A stretch of DNA of 50,850 nucleotides, taken from a virus (taxonomy: Duplodnaviria; Caudoviricetes). Under the pieces are notes generated by a model. It was not told the DNA's origin. It searched no databases and saw only the letters and a program-made list of their open reading frames with translations. Location: IMG/VR virus record IMGVR_UViG_3300037311_000073, positions 1-50,850 of that record. One strand, 5' to 3'. A program made the position numbers and the translations under genes. Below are positions 39,514 to 48,459 of this stretch, piece by piece (position 1 is the stretch's first letter; every line of letters begins with the position of its first letter).

Positions 39514-40456
39514 GGGCCGCCTCCGGGAACTCGCGCACACGCAGGTCTTGGGGCCACTCCAGCGGATCGCCGCCCTTGCGGTCGGTCATCATGACGCAGC
39601 GGCCTGGGCACGGCCGGCCGAACTCGTGGGCTTCGTAGGCGTCGCAGAAGTCGGCGTCCAGGTGGTCACTATCCGAGTCAAGGGCATGCAGCACCGACAC
39701 GCACCAGCCCGATGGCTTCGCGCCGAGCTGCTTCATGAAGAACGGCACGCCGAGCTCGCGGCACTCCAGCATGAGCGCCCGCGCCCACGGGACGTGCATT
39801 GAGCGTGCGCCAGGGCCGCTTTCGCCGCCGCAGATGACCCAGTCCAGCCGCTCGCGCAGGTGCGGCGTGTCGTGGCCGTCCCCGACGGTGAACGGCCGAA
39901 GGCTGACCGTGTCGAGCATGGGCTCGACACTGAGGAAGCGCACCGCGGCCGGCATGCTCAGCAGCTTCGGGATGTCGCGGTCGGCCTCGGTCTGGTTGAC
40001 CACGGTGGCGCCCAGCCAAACGTTCGGCCACGGCCAGGTCGGAACCGCGATGCCGGCGCTCATCAGCGACTGCATGGCCGAGGTGATCATCGGCGCGGCG
40101 TTGCCGATCCTCTTGCTCAGCAGCAGCCAGTCCAGGGCCGGGGTGCGCAGGATCGTGAGGAACAGGTGAGCACGCCACGAGGCATCCACCTCGTTGTCGA
40201 ACGGGTCGCAGAGGCTCGGGAACACACGCAAGCGCTTGCCGGCCGCGGTCGCCTGGCGGTTCCACTGCTCGGGCCGGTTCCAACTGTCCGTTGCGGTCAT
40301 GCGCCGCGGCGCACCGGGGCCCCAGTTCGCGCCGGCGTTGAAGCGTCCGTTGCGCGCGGCGGCGTAGCAGTTGTCGCACCCAGGGGAGACCTTGGTGCAG
40401 CCCTCCCACGGCGACCACGTGCGGTCGCACCATTCGATTGCGGTGGTCTGTGCCAT
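39506..40456 (-). CDS. DUF5131 (phage Gp37/Gp68) family, radical-SAM-like
   Basis: IEWCDRTWSPWEGCTKVSPGCDNCYA, NVWLGATVVNQ, RFLSVEPML, DWVICGGESG, VPFFMKQLG. Confidence 0.92.
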   Translation of the reverse strand: MAQTTAIEWCDRTWSPWEGCTKVSPGCDNCYAAARNGRFNAGANWGPGAPRRMTATDSWNRPEQWNRQATAAGKRLRVFPSLCDPFDNEVDASWRAHLFLTILRTPALDWLLLSKRIGNAAPMITSAMQSLMSAGIAVPTWPWPNVWLGATVVNQTEADRDIPKLLSMPAAVRFLSVEPMLDTVSLRPFTVGDGHDTPHLRERLDWVICGGESGPGARSMHVPWARALMLECRELGVPFFMKQLGAKPSGWCVSVLHALDSDSDHLDADFCDAYEAHEFGRPCPGRCVMMTDRKGGDPLEWPQDLRVREFPEAARA

Positions 40457-40803
40457 CAACGCGGCTCCGACATCAGGTAGGTTTCGATGCGCTGCAGGAC
40501 GCGCAAGCAGTTCGGCTCGGCGCAGTCGGCATCGGCGCAGGCGCCAAGGTCACGCAGCGCTGCTGCTGCGTCGGTCAGCAGGCCAACGGCGGTTTCCGCC
40601 TGCTGGTGAACGGGCATGTGGCGGCACTCCAACCGATAGCTGCCGTCGCGAACGTGAACCGTCACCTCCACGGCACATCCGGGTGCGGGGTGCTGGATCT
40701 CAACCAGATCGAGCAGGTTCATGAGCTCCTGGACTACGGCAGCACGGTCGCCGAGCGGCACACGCAACAGGTCTGTGATCCGCGAGAGCATGATCGGCTT
40801 CAC
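40456..40803 (-). CDS. Hypothetical protein with Cys-rich C-terminus
   Basis: GGAGG RBS, GTG start, coupled to neighbours on both sides. Confidence 0.6.
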   Translation of the reverse strand: MKPIMLSRITDLLRVPLGDRAAVVQELMNLLDLVEIQHPAPGCAVEVTVHVRDGSYRLECRHMPVHQQAETAVGLLTDAAAALRDLGACADADCAEPNCLRVLQRIETYLMSEPR

Positions 40804-41600
40804 GCTGCCTCCGGCTGCTGTTGTTCCAGGTACGGACCGGCCAGCAGCAGCCACGCCACCGCGGCGCACAGAGGCACCTGACCATTGCCCAGCGCCTTCA
40901 AGCGGCCGTCGCCAACCCGTCACCGCTCTGCGGGCTCGCTCCCGCACGGTTGTAGTTGCCGCAAACCGTCGGCGTCGGCCACAGACCGAACTTCGCCATC
41001 GCCCCCAGCGTTGGCCGCAACGAGGCCCCAGCGCTCGCCGATCGGTTGAACATGGAGCCCGTGTCCACCGTGCAAGGCGTCGGCAGCAGCGAGCCAGAAC
41101 CGGTCGCGCTGGTGCGGGGCGCCAACGTCGGCAGCTCCCAGCACTGTCCAGCGACAGTCATACCCGATCGCGGCCAGGTCACCGAGGACTCGCCCAAATC
41201 CCCGAACAAGGAGCGCTGGGCTGTTCTCCACGAACACGTATCGGGGTCGAACGTCGCCAATGATGCGGGCCATGTGGAACCACAGTCCAGACCGTTCGCC
41301 GTCGATGCCGGCGCCCCGGCCGGCGACGCTGATGTCTTGGCAGGGGAAGCCCCCAGAAACCACGTCAACACGGCCTCGCCAAGGTCGCCCGTCAAAGGTG
41401 CGAACGTCATCCCAGATCGGGAAGGGCGCGAGAACTCCGTCGTTCTGTCGGGCGACAAGAACGCTTGCGGCCCACGGGTCGCACTCGACAGCGCAGACCG
41501 TGCGCATGCCCGCAAGCTTGCCGCCGAGGATTCCTCCCCCGGCGCCGGCGAACAGGGCGAGTTCGCGAAGGCTTTCATCAGTTCTCGCGAGATGAGCCAA
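40800..41600 (-). pseudogene. DNA (cytosine-5) methyltransferase, catalytic frame, interrupted
   Basis: LFAGAGG (I), GFPCQDIS (IV), ENS (VI), HQRDRFW (VIII); in-frame TGA at 40922-40920, then the same frame resumes RLKALGNGQVP (motif X) to TGA at 40800. Confidence 0.8.
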
Positions 41601-41605
41601 GACAC
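40898..41605 (-). CDS. Overlapping alternative-frame methyltransferase partner polypeptide (PTP-repeat type), C-terminally truncated
   Basis: GAGGA RBS; SWRTAQRSL, WPRSGM, LLPTP and LWPTP repeats; ends GDGLATAA without the usual LNP..WVEWLMG segment. Confidence 0.6.
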   Translation of the reverse strand: MSWLISRELMKAFANSPCSPAPGEESSAASLRACARSALSSATRGPQAFLSPDRTTEFSRPSRSGMTFAPLTGDLGEAVLTWFLGASPAKTSASPAGAPASTANGLDCGSTWPASLATFDPDTCSWRTAQRSLFGDLGESSVTWPRSGMTVAGQCWELPTLAPRTSATGSGSLLPTPCTVDTGSMFNRSASAGASLRPTLGAMAKFGLWPTPTVCGNYNRAGASPQSGDGLATAA

Positions 41606-41639
41606 GGTGTCCTCGGGGCAGTCGGTGGCGGAGGTGGCG

Positions 41640-41933
41640 TCAGAAGGTCACGGGCTGCTTGACAGCGCGTTCCAGGCACATGAGGCCCTTCTGCAGATCG
41701 GTGCGGCCCTCGCCGAGCCAGCGGCCCGGGCTGGTGACGATGGAGTGCGGCGCGTGGCCGGCCAGCAGCGGCTCGGCGTCGCGGTTGATCACGAACCGCT
41801 CCACCCGGTTGACCAAGTTCCGCAGTTCCGCACCCACCGTTTCGATCTCGTGAAGCAGGGCGCCTTCGGTCTCTCCGTGGGTGGTGTACTGGGGAAGGTT
41901 GGTGGCTCGTTCGATGGCTTGAGATTCGGTCAC
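41640..41933 (-). CDS. acb2: Acb2-family anti-CBASS nucleotide-sponge homologue (divergent)
   Basis: C-terminal PGRWLGEGRTDLQKGLMCLERAVKQPVTF matches the recalled Acb2 [29 protein letters not shown]; similar size. Confidence 0.8.
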   Translation of the reverse strand: MTESQAIERATNLPQYTTHGETEGALLHEIETVGAELRNLVNRVERFVINRDAEPLLAGHAPHSIVTSPGRWLGEGRTDLQKGLMCLERAVKQPVTF

Positions 41934-41962
41934 GATGAGGGCTCCCGGTGAAGGTCAGGCGG

Positions 41963-42133
41963 TCAGGCGGGTTCGGCGCTGGTGTCTTCCATGGCGTCGC
42001 GCACCACTTCGACGGGCAGCCCCAGGGCTTGCGCGGCGGATGCGATGGCGGCTTCCTGGCCCGCCTCCGGATCCAACAGCAGGGCGCGAGCGACTGCCGA
42101 GCGCACGCGATCTCGAGACAGGATCGGGCTCAC
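41963..42133 (-). CDS. Small hypothetical protein (56 aa)
   Basis: GTG start 3 nt after the upstream stop; Ala-rich helical. Confidence 0.55.
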   Translation of the reverse strand: MSPILSRDRVRSAVARALLLDPEAGQEAAIASAAQALGLPVEVVRDAMEDTSAEPA

Positions 42134-42135
42134 GG

Positions 42136-42969
42136 TCAGCGCGTTGCTGCAAACCAACCCGCGATGACCGGCGTGTCGCCGATCGCGCCGCGCACCAGCG
42201 CGCACAGCTCCTGCCCCATCTCTTCGACATGGCGCTCGGCATTGACCACGCGCAGGGTCAGCGCGGGCTTGTCGCCGGTGATCAGGCCGAGCCGGAGCTT
42301 GAAGGTGCGCTCCTTCAGGTCCAGGTGCGGGATGCACTTGAAGGTGATGACGGCCGGCAGCGGTTGGTCCTTGGCGTTGGCCGCGACCTTCTCGAACACG
42401 CTCAGCTCGACGGTGTGCTGGCCGACCGTGCTCTCCTGCTTCTTGGAACTGTCGATGCTGATGCGGCGGATGGCCTGCACGGCCTTCTTGAGGGTCATCG
42501 GTACGGTCTCGCCGTCTTCGCCGTAGGTCTCGGCGCCACAGAAGTCCGACCAGTCCTCCAGGAACTCGGCGAGCTTGAGCTGGGCCATCCCGTAGCCGTT
42601 GGCGACCTGGGTCATCGCCGTGTACGGGGCGGTCTTCGGCGGAGCGTAGATGGCCAGGTGATCGCAGTGCCCGGGCGAAGTAGGGGTGCCGAGATTCAGC
42701 ACGGCGATGGCCCTCATTCCCTCCGCGCTGACGAATACGCTGGTGCCGGTCTCGCGCTGCGCGGCGACGTAGGTGCTGAAGTCGGCCAGCGTCTGCGTGG
42801 TCATCGTCGCGCGCTGCCGGCGCCGCAGCAGGAGAAACGGCTCCAGGTCGTGGATCTTGAAGGTGTCGGGTAGTGCGACGATGGACTCGCTTTCGTTCCC
42901 GACAGCTTCCATTGCTGCGGTGATGGCCTGCGCCTTGGCGAGTTCCTGGATGGCTTCCTTGTTGAACAT
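42136..42969 (-). CDS. DUF2303 (YfdQ-like) protein
   Basis: ALPDTFKIHDLEPF..RRRQRA, AVLNLGT..PGHCDH, QLKLAEFLEDW, FKCIPHLDLKERTFKLRL. Confidence 0.88.
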   Translation of the reverse strand: MFNKEAIQELAKAQAITAAMEAVGNESESIVALPDTFKIHDLEPFLLLRRRQRATMTTQTLADFSTYVAAQRETGTSVFVSAEGMRAIAVLNLGTPTSPGHCDHLAIYAPPKTAPYTAMTQVANGYGMAQLKLAEFLEDWSDFCGAETYGEDGETVPMTLKKAVQAIRRISIDSSKKQESTVGQHTVELSVFEKVAANAKDQPLPAVITFKCIPHLDLKERTFKLRLGLITGDKPALTLRVVNAERHVEEMGQELCALVRGAIGDTPVIAGWFAATR

Positions 42970-43016
42970 GCTGTGCTCTCTCTGGTTGGGTGGTAGTTGG
43001 CTGCTTCGCTTCGGCG

Positions 43017-43394
43017 TCAGCCGCTGATGGCGCTCTGCCTGCCCTTGCCGAACAAGTCGGCCTGGGTGGCGGACAACTTGCCGCGCAGACCGACGAACAT
43101 GACGCTCTCGCTCTTGGAGTTCTCGGTGTAGTCGCCGGTGGCGGTCGGTACCTTGAAGGTGACCAACCCCTTGATCCGCACTTGCCTCGTGCCATCGACG
43201 GGCAGGAAGTCCAGCTTCAGGGTCACCGAGCCGGGCTCTTCCTTCGCGACCACGGCGGCAGCGGTCTTCGTGAGCGCGACGGACAGAAAGGTGTCGATCT
43301 GACCGGCATCCAGGTCGGCGATGAAATCGCCCACGTCGTTGGCGGCCGAACTCTCTTCGGCTTGGGCCGTCGCCTTGTTGGAGTCGTTGTTCAT
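43017..43394 (-). CDS. YfdP-like protein (partner of DUF2303)
   Basis: DVGDFIADLDAG, GSVTLKLD, FKVPTATG, MFVGLRGKLS..QADLF; GAGGA RBS. Confidence 0.8.
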   Translation of the reverse strand: MNNDSNKATAQAEESSAANDVGDFIADLDAGQIDTFLSVALTKTAAAVVAKEEPGSVTLKLDFLPVDGTRQVRIKGLVTFKVPTATGDYTENSKSESVMFVGLRGKLSATQADLFGKGRQSAISG

Positions 43395-43525
43395 CGGAGT
43401 TCCTCTATGCGTTTGAGACGGGGGCGGGAAGAAAAGCGGGCGGCTGGCGGACCCAGCGAGTCGAGGGAGTTCGAAGGGAGGGAGGAGACCAAGTCCTCGG
43501 CTCTGCGCCCGGGAAAACGGTTGCT

Positions 43526-45331
43526 TCAGGCAGCCTCGGCCATCGCCGGCAGGCTCACGCCGTTCGCGATCCAGTGCGCGCCGAAGTGGCTGGGCAGGCC
43601 GGCCGGTGCCGACTTCAGGGTCGCGAACACCAAGGCCGTGTCGATCTCGCCAGCGGTGGCCAGCACGTTCAGCCACTGCACCAGCGACGACCGGCCCGGC
43701 AGGTCCAGCACGTCCATGCGGTCGAGCACCAGCAGGCGCACGCCGGTGAGGTGCCCGACAGCCTCGGCCAGCGCGGCATCGACGCGCCACTGTTCCGATT
43801 CGGACAGCAGCGGGTACGGACGCCCGCCGAAGGTGATGCGCATGTCGCGGCTGATCGCCACGACGGGCCAACCGGTGTCGGCGGCCGTCTGGCGCAGGCG
43901 GTCGTTCAGGGGCTGCAATGCCTCGCCGAGGATCTGGCCGGGCACGCCTTCGGGGCCGAGTGCCTCTTCGAGCGCGACGTATCCGCTCACGTCGGCGTGG
44001 TGGCGCCGAGCCTGCTCGGTCTTGCCGGCTGCGGCGGATGCGGTCGCGGCTGCCGCCTCGAGCTGGGCGAGTCGCGCTGCGGCATCGCGGTGCAGAGCCT
44101 GGGCCGCGGACAGCGCGGCCGTAGCCGCTTCCACCGCGCCGATGTCGTGGCCCAGCGCCACGATGGGGGCGAGTTCGGCGGCCACCGCCTGTTCGTCCCG
44201 AGCGGCCTGCACGGCGGCCGTGGAGTTGCGGACGCTGCGCTGCATCAGTTCGACGGCGCTGCGCAGCTCGGGCAGGCGCTGGCGCGCGTCTTCGTCGCTT
44301 TCGCCGCCTTCGGGGAACGCGCCGTGTGTCGCGGTGTAGGCGTTCAGCGCTGCGAAAGCTCGCTGGGCCATCTCGGAGTTGGCGTCATAGCCGGCGTCGG
44401 TCAGTTCCGACACGAGGTCGCGCACGCTCAGCGCGAGGTCGTGCACCAGGCCGACACGACGCTCTTGGCCGGCAGCCTCGGCAGCCCGCGCCAGGACTTC
44501 AGTGCACCGGGCGAGCTCGGCTGTGTCGTGGTCGAGTTTGGCCTGTGCGCGCGGCAGTGTGTCCGCGTTGGTGCGGGCGCGGCTCAGGCGCTGCGCCTGT
44601 TGGTCGAACTGCGCCGCGGCTGCCCGAGCAGCGCCCATGTTGGCTTGGGCGGTCTGCACGGCCGTCTCGGTTTCGGCCAGCGCGGCGCGGGCCGCGGCAA
44701 TGGCGTCGGCGTCGGGTGCGGTCGGCACCGCGGCACTCCAGCCGGCCGCCTTGACGGCGCCGTACACATCGCCGGTGACGGCCTTCCAAGCGCCGCGGGC
44801 CTGCGCCGCACGATCCTTGGCGACAGCAGCAGCAGCCTCAAACCCGCCTCGCAGGTGGGCGCCGATCTCTCGCACCAGATCGGGCGCGATGCCGCGCTCG
44901 GTCAACCGCTTGTTGATCGTGTCGATGTCGGCCTTGACGCCGAGCAGACCGAACAGTTTGGCCTTGCGCTCGCTCTCGGGCAGGCGGGCCAGCGACTGCG
45001 CGTCCAGCGAGAACTCCACGCGCGGGTCGTTGTCGCGGCCCTTGTGGGAGTCGGTCACCTTGCCGTTGGCCGTGATCGTGACCGAGAACGCGCCATCGGC
45101 CGTGTCCAGGGCCACGCTGCCGGTCTTCGAGCCCTCGGTGACGATGGCCGCGGCGTCCTTCTTCAGCGCCACGCGGCCCAGGCTGCCGGTCAGCGCCAGG
45201 CGGACGGCATCGCGGATCGACGACTTGCCGGCGCCGTTCGGTCCGGCGACGATGTTGATGGGCTGGCTGGTGTCCAGATCGACGTTCTTGGCGCCGAACA
45301 GGCCCTGCACGGAGATGCGGTTGATCTTCAT
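43526..45331 (-). CDS. Rad50/SbcC-like ATPase
   Basis: Walker A GPNGAGKSS, long coiled coil, degenerate signature LSESE, Walker B LLVLDRMD. Confidence 0.88.
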   Translation of the reverse strand: MKINRISVQGLFGAKNVDLDTSQPINIVAGPNGAGKSSIRDAVRLALTGSLGRVALKKDAAAIVTEGSKTGSVALDTADGAFSVTITANGKVTDSHKGRDNDPRVEFSLDAQSLARLPESERKAKLFGLLGVKADIDTINKRLTERGIAPDLVREIGAHLRGGFEAAAAVAKDRAAQARGAWKAVTGDVYGAVKAAGWSAAVPTAPDADAIAAARAALAETETAVQTAQANMGAARAAAAQFDQQAQRLSRARTNADTLPRAQAKLDHDTAELARCTEVLARAAEAAGQERRVGLVHDLALSVRDLVSELTDAGYDANSEMAQRAFAALNAYTATHGAFPEGGESDEDARQRLPELRSAVELMQRSVRNSTAAVQAARDEQAVAAELAPIVALGHDIGAVEAATAALSAAQALHRDAAARLAQLEAAAATASAAAGKTEQARRHHADVSGYVALEEALGPEGVPGQILGEALQPLNDRLRQTAADTGWPVVAISRDMRITFGGRPYPLLSESEQWRVDAALAEAVGHLTGVRLLVLDRMDVLDLPGRSSLVQWLNVLATAGEIDTALVFATLKSAPAGLPSHFGAHWIANGVSLPAMAEAA

Positions 45332-45358
45332 GATGGTGTCCCTCTGTTGGCGGCGTGG

Positions 45359-45586
45359 TCAGGCCGCGCGGGCGCTCATGTAGGCGGCGCGATCCACGAC
45401 TTCGACGCAGGCGGGTCGCGCTGCGTCCTTGTCCTTGACCCCGGCGTTCAAGCGCTGCGCGTCGGACTGCCGGGCGGCGAGGAAGCGCTCCACGTCCCAG
45501 ACCCGGTGCAGCTGGACGTTGGATCGGCCGTTGGTGTCGGTGTGGCGCAGGTACAGGTCGCGCCCGACCAGGGTGGCGGCGCTCAT
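45359..45586 (-). CDS. Hypothetical protein (75 aa)
   Basis: ATGA-coupled to recT; YLRHTDTNGRSNVQLHRVWD. Confidence 0.65.
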   Translation of the reverse strand: MSAATLVGRDLYLRHTDTNGRSNVQLHRVWDVERFLAARQSDAQRLNAGVKDKDAARPACVEVVDRAAYMSARAA

Positions 45587-46881
45587 TCGATGGTCCCTTG
45601 CACGGGCGTGGAGCCACCACGGCGCGCGGCGGGCACGCTGGTGCGTGCCGAGCTGGCGGCCGAGGCGGCAGCGGCCTGCGGGCTCGCTCCGCCCGCGGGC
45701 GTTGGGTTGGCGAGTTCGGCAGACCGGCGCTCGTAGTCGGCGCTGATCAAGCTGGCCACCTCGGGCGGTTGGCCGCGCGCTTCGTCCACCAGCGCGTCCA
45801 GCGTGTCCTGATCGCGGCAGGCGGCGATGCGCTCGCGGAGTGCCTGGAGATCGAAGGCCGGGAGTTCGCGCGCCGATGCGTTGGCCGGCTGTGCGCCCGA
45901 GTGGGCAACCGTCTGCACCATCCCGACAGACTCGACGGCGCGTGCCGTGCTGCCGAAGGCTTCGCCGAACTCCGCGGCGGGCTCGCCGCTCTCGTCGTCG
46001 ATCGCAGGAACGTCCGACAGACCGCCCACCAGCTCCCGGACCGCATCAGGATCGGCCAGCGTCTTCAGGTCGATTCGACCGGCGCCGGTGTCGCTGCGGT
46101 TGTCCAGTTCGGCCGCCACCGCCAGGGCGTCGCCGCTCCCGATCGGCAGGATCTTGGCGTGCTTCTTCGTGGCGGACTTGGCGGCCATGTCGTCCTCCCA
46201 CATGACCCACGGCTGCTCGTCGAACTTGCGCTGCGCCTTGTCGCGTTCCTTCGCATCCTGGGTCGTGGAGATGGCAGCCAGCAGGGATCGGTACGTTTCG
46301 CTCTTGCCGCGGATCTTGTGGACTTCGGACAAGGGCAGCACGCATGCGCTCTCGCCGCCGCTGACCAGGTGAGCATGGGAGAAGGCCCCGATCAGATCGC
46401 CGCGGGCCTCCAGGTTGATCGAGTGGCGCAGGAACGTCTCGCTGCCATCCATGTGTTCCCAGCGGTCGCCCTTGTGGATCGCGCCGTGCGTGAGCGACTT
46501 GATGTAGGGCGACCGGTAGGCGAGCGTGATGAACCCGCGCGCGCCGATCTGGAACTGGCAGTCGTACAGGTCGGTCCACTTGCCCTGGACCATGGCGCGG
46601 CGCTTGTAGGGGATCAGGAACGCCTGCTGCAGAACCGTGTTCGGCTCCAGGCCCAGCGCGGCCGAGGTCATCATCGCCCCCAGCACCGTTTGCGGATTGC
46701 ACTCCGCGAGCTTCGGTGCGCGCTTGACCGCGTTGACGCACAGCCGAAGCATGCGGTCGGGTTCCAGAAACTTGGTGGCGACCGCGGAAATGCCGTCGGC
46801 CACGCGCTTGTCGCTGAGGTAGTCGAAGATGGTCTTCGTGCGCTGGCCTGTGGCCACGGCGCGCAGGGCTTGCGAACTCAT
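45583..46881 (-). CDS. recT: RecT-family single-strand annealing protein
   Basis: PKLAECNPQTVLGAMMTSAALGLEPN, AFLIPY, CQFQIGARGFITLAYRS, PW..WEDDMAAKS. Confidence 0.92.
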   Translation of the reverse strand: MSSQALRAVATGQRTKTIFDYLSDKRVADGISAVATKFLEPDRMLRLCVNAVKRAPKLAECNPQTVLGAMMTSAALGLEPNTVLQQAFLIPYKRRAMVQGKWTDLYDCQFQIGARGFITLAYRSPYIKSLTHGAIHKGDRWEHMDGSETFLRHSINLEARGDLIGAFSHAHLVSGGESACVLPLSEVHKIRGKSETYRSLLAAISTTQDAKERDKAQRKFDEQPWVMWEDDMAAKSATKKHAKILPIGSGDALAVAAELDNRSDTGAGRIDLKTLADPDAVRELVGGLSDVPAIDDESGEPAAEFGEAFGSTARAVESVGMVQTVAHSGAQPANASARELPAFDLQALRERIAACRDQDTLDALVDEARGQPPEVASLISADYERRSAELANPTPAGGASPQAAAASAASSARTSVPAARRGGSTPVQGTIE

Positions 46882-47903
46882 CGGATGGCTCCCTTCTTGG
46901 GCTTGCTGCTGGGCAGGCGCATCACGCGGATGGCCTTCGTGCGTTTGAACTGGGCGAACAGTTCGGGGTGCTCGGCCTCGAATGCGCCTTGGTCGAAGCG
47001 CGTGTCGGACTGGGCTTTCCAGGTGAGCAGGTCGCGGCCTTGATAGGTCAGCCGAGCGTGCGGGCTGATGAAGTCGGCCAGCTCGAACTGAAGGGCCTCA
47101 AGCGAGGTCTCCCAGTCCTTGATCTGGGCCTTGATCTGCCGGTACTGGCCGGCCTTCTCCGCAATCTCATCCGTGGCCTCGACCGACTGCCCGTTGTCCA
47201 GCGGGAACAGGGCCTTGATGTCGTTGAAGTCGAAGAGGTCGGGCTGCTGGCCGCCGACGATGCATTCGTCCCAGAAGCGGATCACCTTGGCCTGCATCGC
47301 GGCGATGGTTTCGTCGTCGCGGACGGTCCAGTAGATGTCCACGTCGTCGAAGCTGCGCAGCGCAGCCACGAGGCAGTAGCGGCGGCCGGTGAGACCCAGG
47401 CCCCAGGCGAACTGCGCGGCGTACTCGATGGGCACGTCCTCGGTGTGCTGTTCGCCCCACTTCAGCCGGGCGAAGCCACTCACGCTCTTGGCATCGGCGT
47501 TGATGTGCTCGCGGTCGAAGGTGACGATCTCGTCGTTGATCAGCACCTCGCCGGTGACGATCAGCTCGAAGTCGATCTCGCAGGTCATCCACGGGTGAGC
47601 GGCACCGTAGTAGCGCGAGTTGCACGACACCAGTTCGACCTTCAGGCCCTCGTCTTCGAGCCGCTGCACCGCCATCTCGCGGATGAACGGCTCCAGCTTC
47701 GTGCCTCGAGCGAACCGGCGCTGCTGCCACTTGTCGGGGACCGGCGCCGGCTTGCGGCCGGTGCGGATCTGCCAGAACTCCAGCGGGGTCAGGTAGGGGC
47801 TGAGGCCGAGGATGGCTGCAACGTCGCTGCCGCCGACGTGGGCGCTGCGGTCATGGGCTTGGTCGCTGGGTGCGAGCAGGCCGTGGGCGATGGGTGCGTT
47901 CAC
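46878..47903 (-). CDS. YqaJ viral recombinase / lambda-exonuclease family protein
   Basis: VGGSDVAAILGLSPYLTPLEFW, GTKLEP, DAKS, WGE..TEDVPIEYAAQ; adjacent to recT. Confidence 0.92.
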   Translation of the reverse strand: MNAPIAHGLLAPSDQAHDRSAHVGGSDVAAILGLSPYLTPLEFWQIRTGRKPAPVPDKWQQRRFARGTKLEPFIREMAVQRLEDEGLKVELVSCNSRYYGAAHPWMTCEIDFELIVTGEVLINDEIVTFDREHINADAKSVSGFARLKWGEQHTEDVPIEYAAQFAWGLGLTGRRYCLVAALRSFDDVDIYWTVRDDETIAAMQAKVIRFWDECIVGGQQPDLFDFNDIKALFPLDNGQSVEATDEIAEKAGQYRQIKAQIKDWETSLEALQFELADFISPHARLTYQGRDLLTWKAQSDTRFDQGAFEAEHPELFAQFKRTKAIRVMRLPSSKPKKGAIR

Positions 47904-47931
47904 TGGGATCTTTGGATGTGTGCCTGGCGGA

Positions 47932-48114
47932 TCAGCCGAGGCAGGAGGCGATGGCAGCGGCCGCAGTAGCGACCACCACCCACGGCAGGACAGCCAAGGC
48001 CACGACGCGCAAGGCTTCGGAGTCCACAAGCGGTTCAGTCGGGCGCTTGCGCTGCTCGCGAGCGCTGGGCAGGGTGCTCGGACCTGCGTCGTCTCCGTCG
48101 TGGCGGTGCGTCAT
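47932..48114 (-). CDS. Small protein with C-terminal hydrophobic segment
   Basis: ATGA-coupled; 60 aa. Confidence 0.55.
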   Translation of the reverse strand: MTHRHDGDDAGPSTLPSAREQRKRPTEPLVDSEALRVVALAVLPWVVVATAAAAIASCLG

Positions 48115-48344
48115 CGGACTTGCCCCCACAGCACTGCGCGCTTGACTCTGTACGTCGCCAACTGAGTCCTGAACTCGCGCAGCGAAAGGCTCTCCTGCAA
48201 GCCGTCGCTGGCTGCTTGCTGAAGGTACGTCTCTGTCTCCCAGATGACGTAGCTCAAGAAGGCAATGCGCATACGCAGCGCGGCGTTGATCATCAGCCGT
48301 CGAGGGCCAGCGACAACGCTCCTTGCAAGACCGTGCGTGTTCAT
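48111..48344 (-). CDS. Hypothetical protein, first gene of leftward operon
   Basis: 77 aa from ATG 48344, just downstream of the predicted promoter. Confidence 0.55.
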   Translation of the reverse strand: MNTHGLARSVVAGPRRLMINAALRMRIAFLSYVIWETETYLQQAASDGLQESLSLREFRTQLATYRVKRAVLWGQVR

Positions 48345-48382
48345 GGTGGTCGTTTGTCGTTCGTGTTTCGCGCTTGATCCGG

Positions 48383-48412
48383 AGGCTAACATGGTGCTAG
48401 ACTCAACGTCAA
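48383..48412 (-). promoter_or_regulatory. Leftward sigma70-type promoter with overlapping operator-like dyad
   Basis: Minus strand TTGACG-18 nt-TAGCCT with TGn extension; imperfect dyad CTAACATGGTGCTAG at 48386-48400. Confidence 0.55.
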
Positions 48413-48459
48413 GCGTGGCGAGTGGTGTTGCGCTATCGCAAACCCTAGGAGTCCTTGGA

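Noticed and set aside
48384-48433. Fifth attC (GGCTAAC...GTTGCGC)
   Set aside because: No pairing L boxes or internal hairpin; better explained as promoter and operator.
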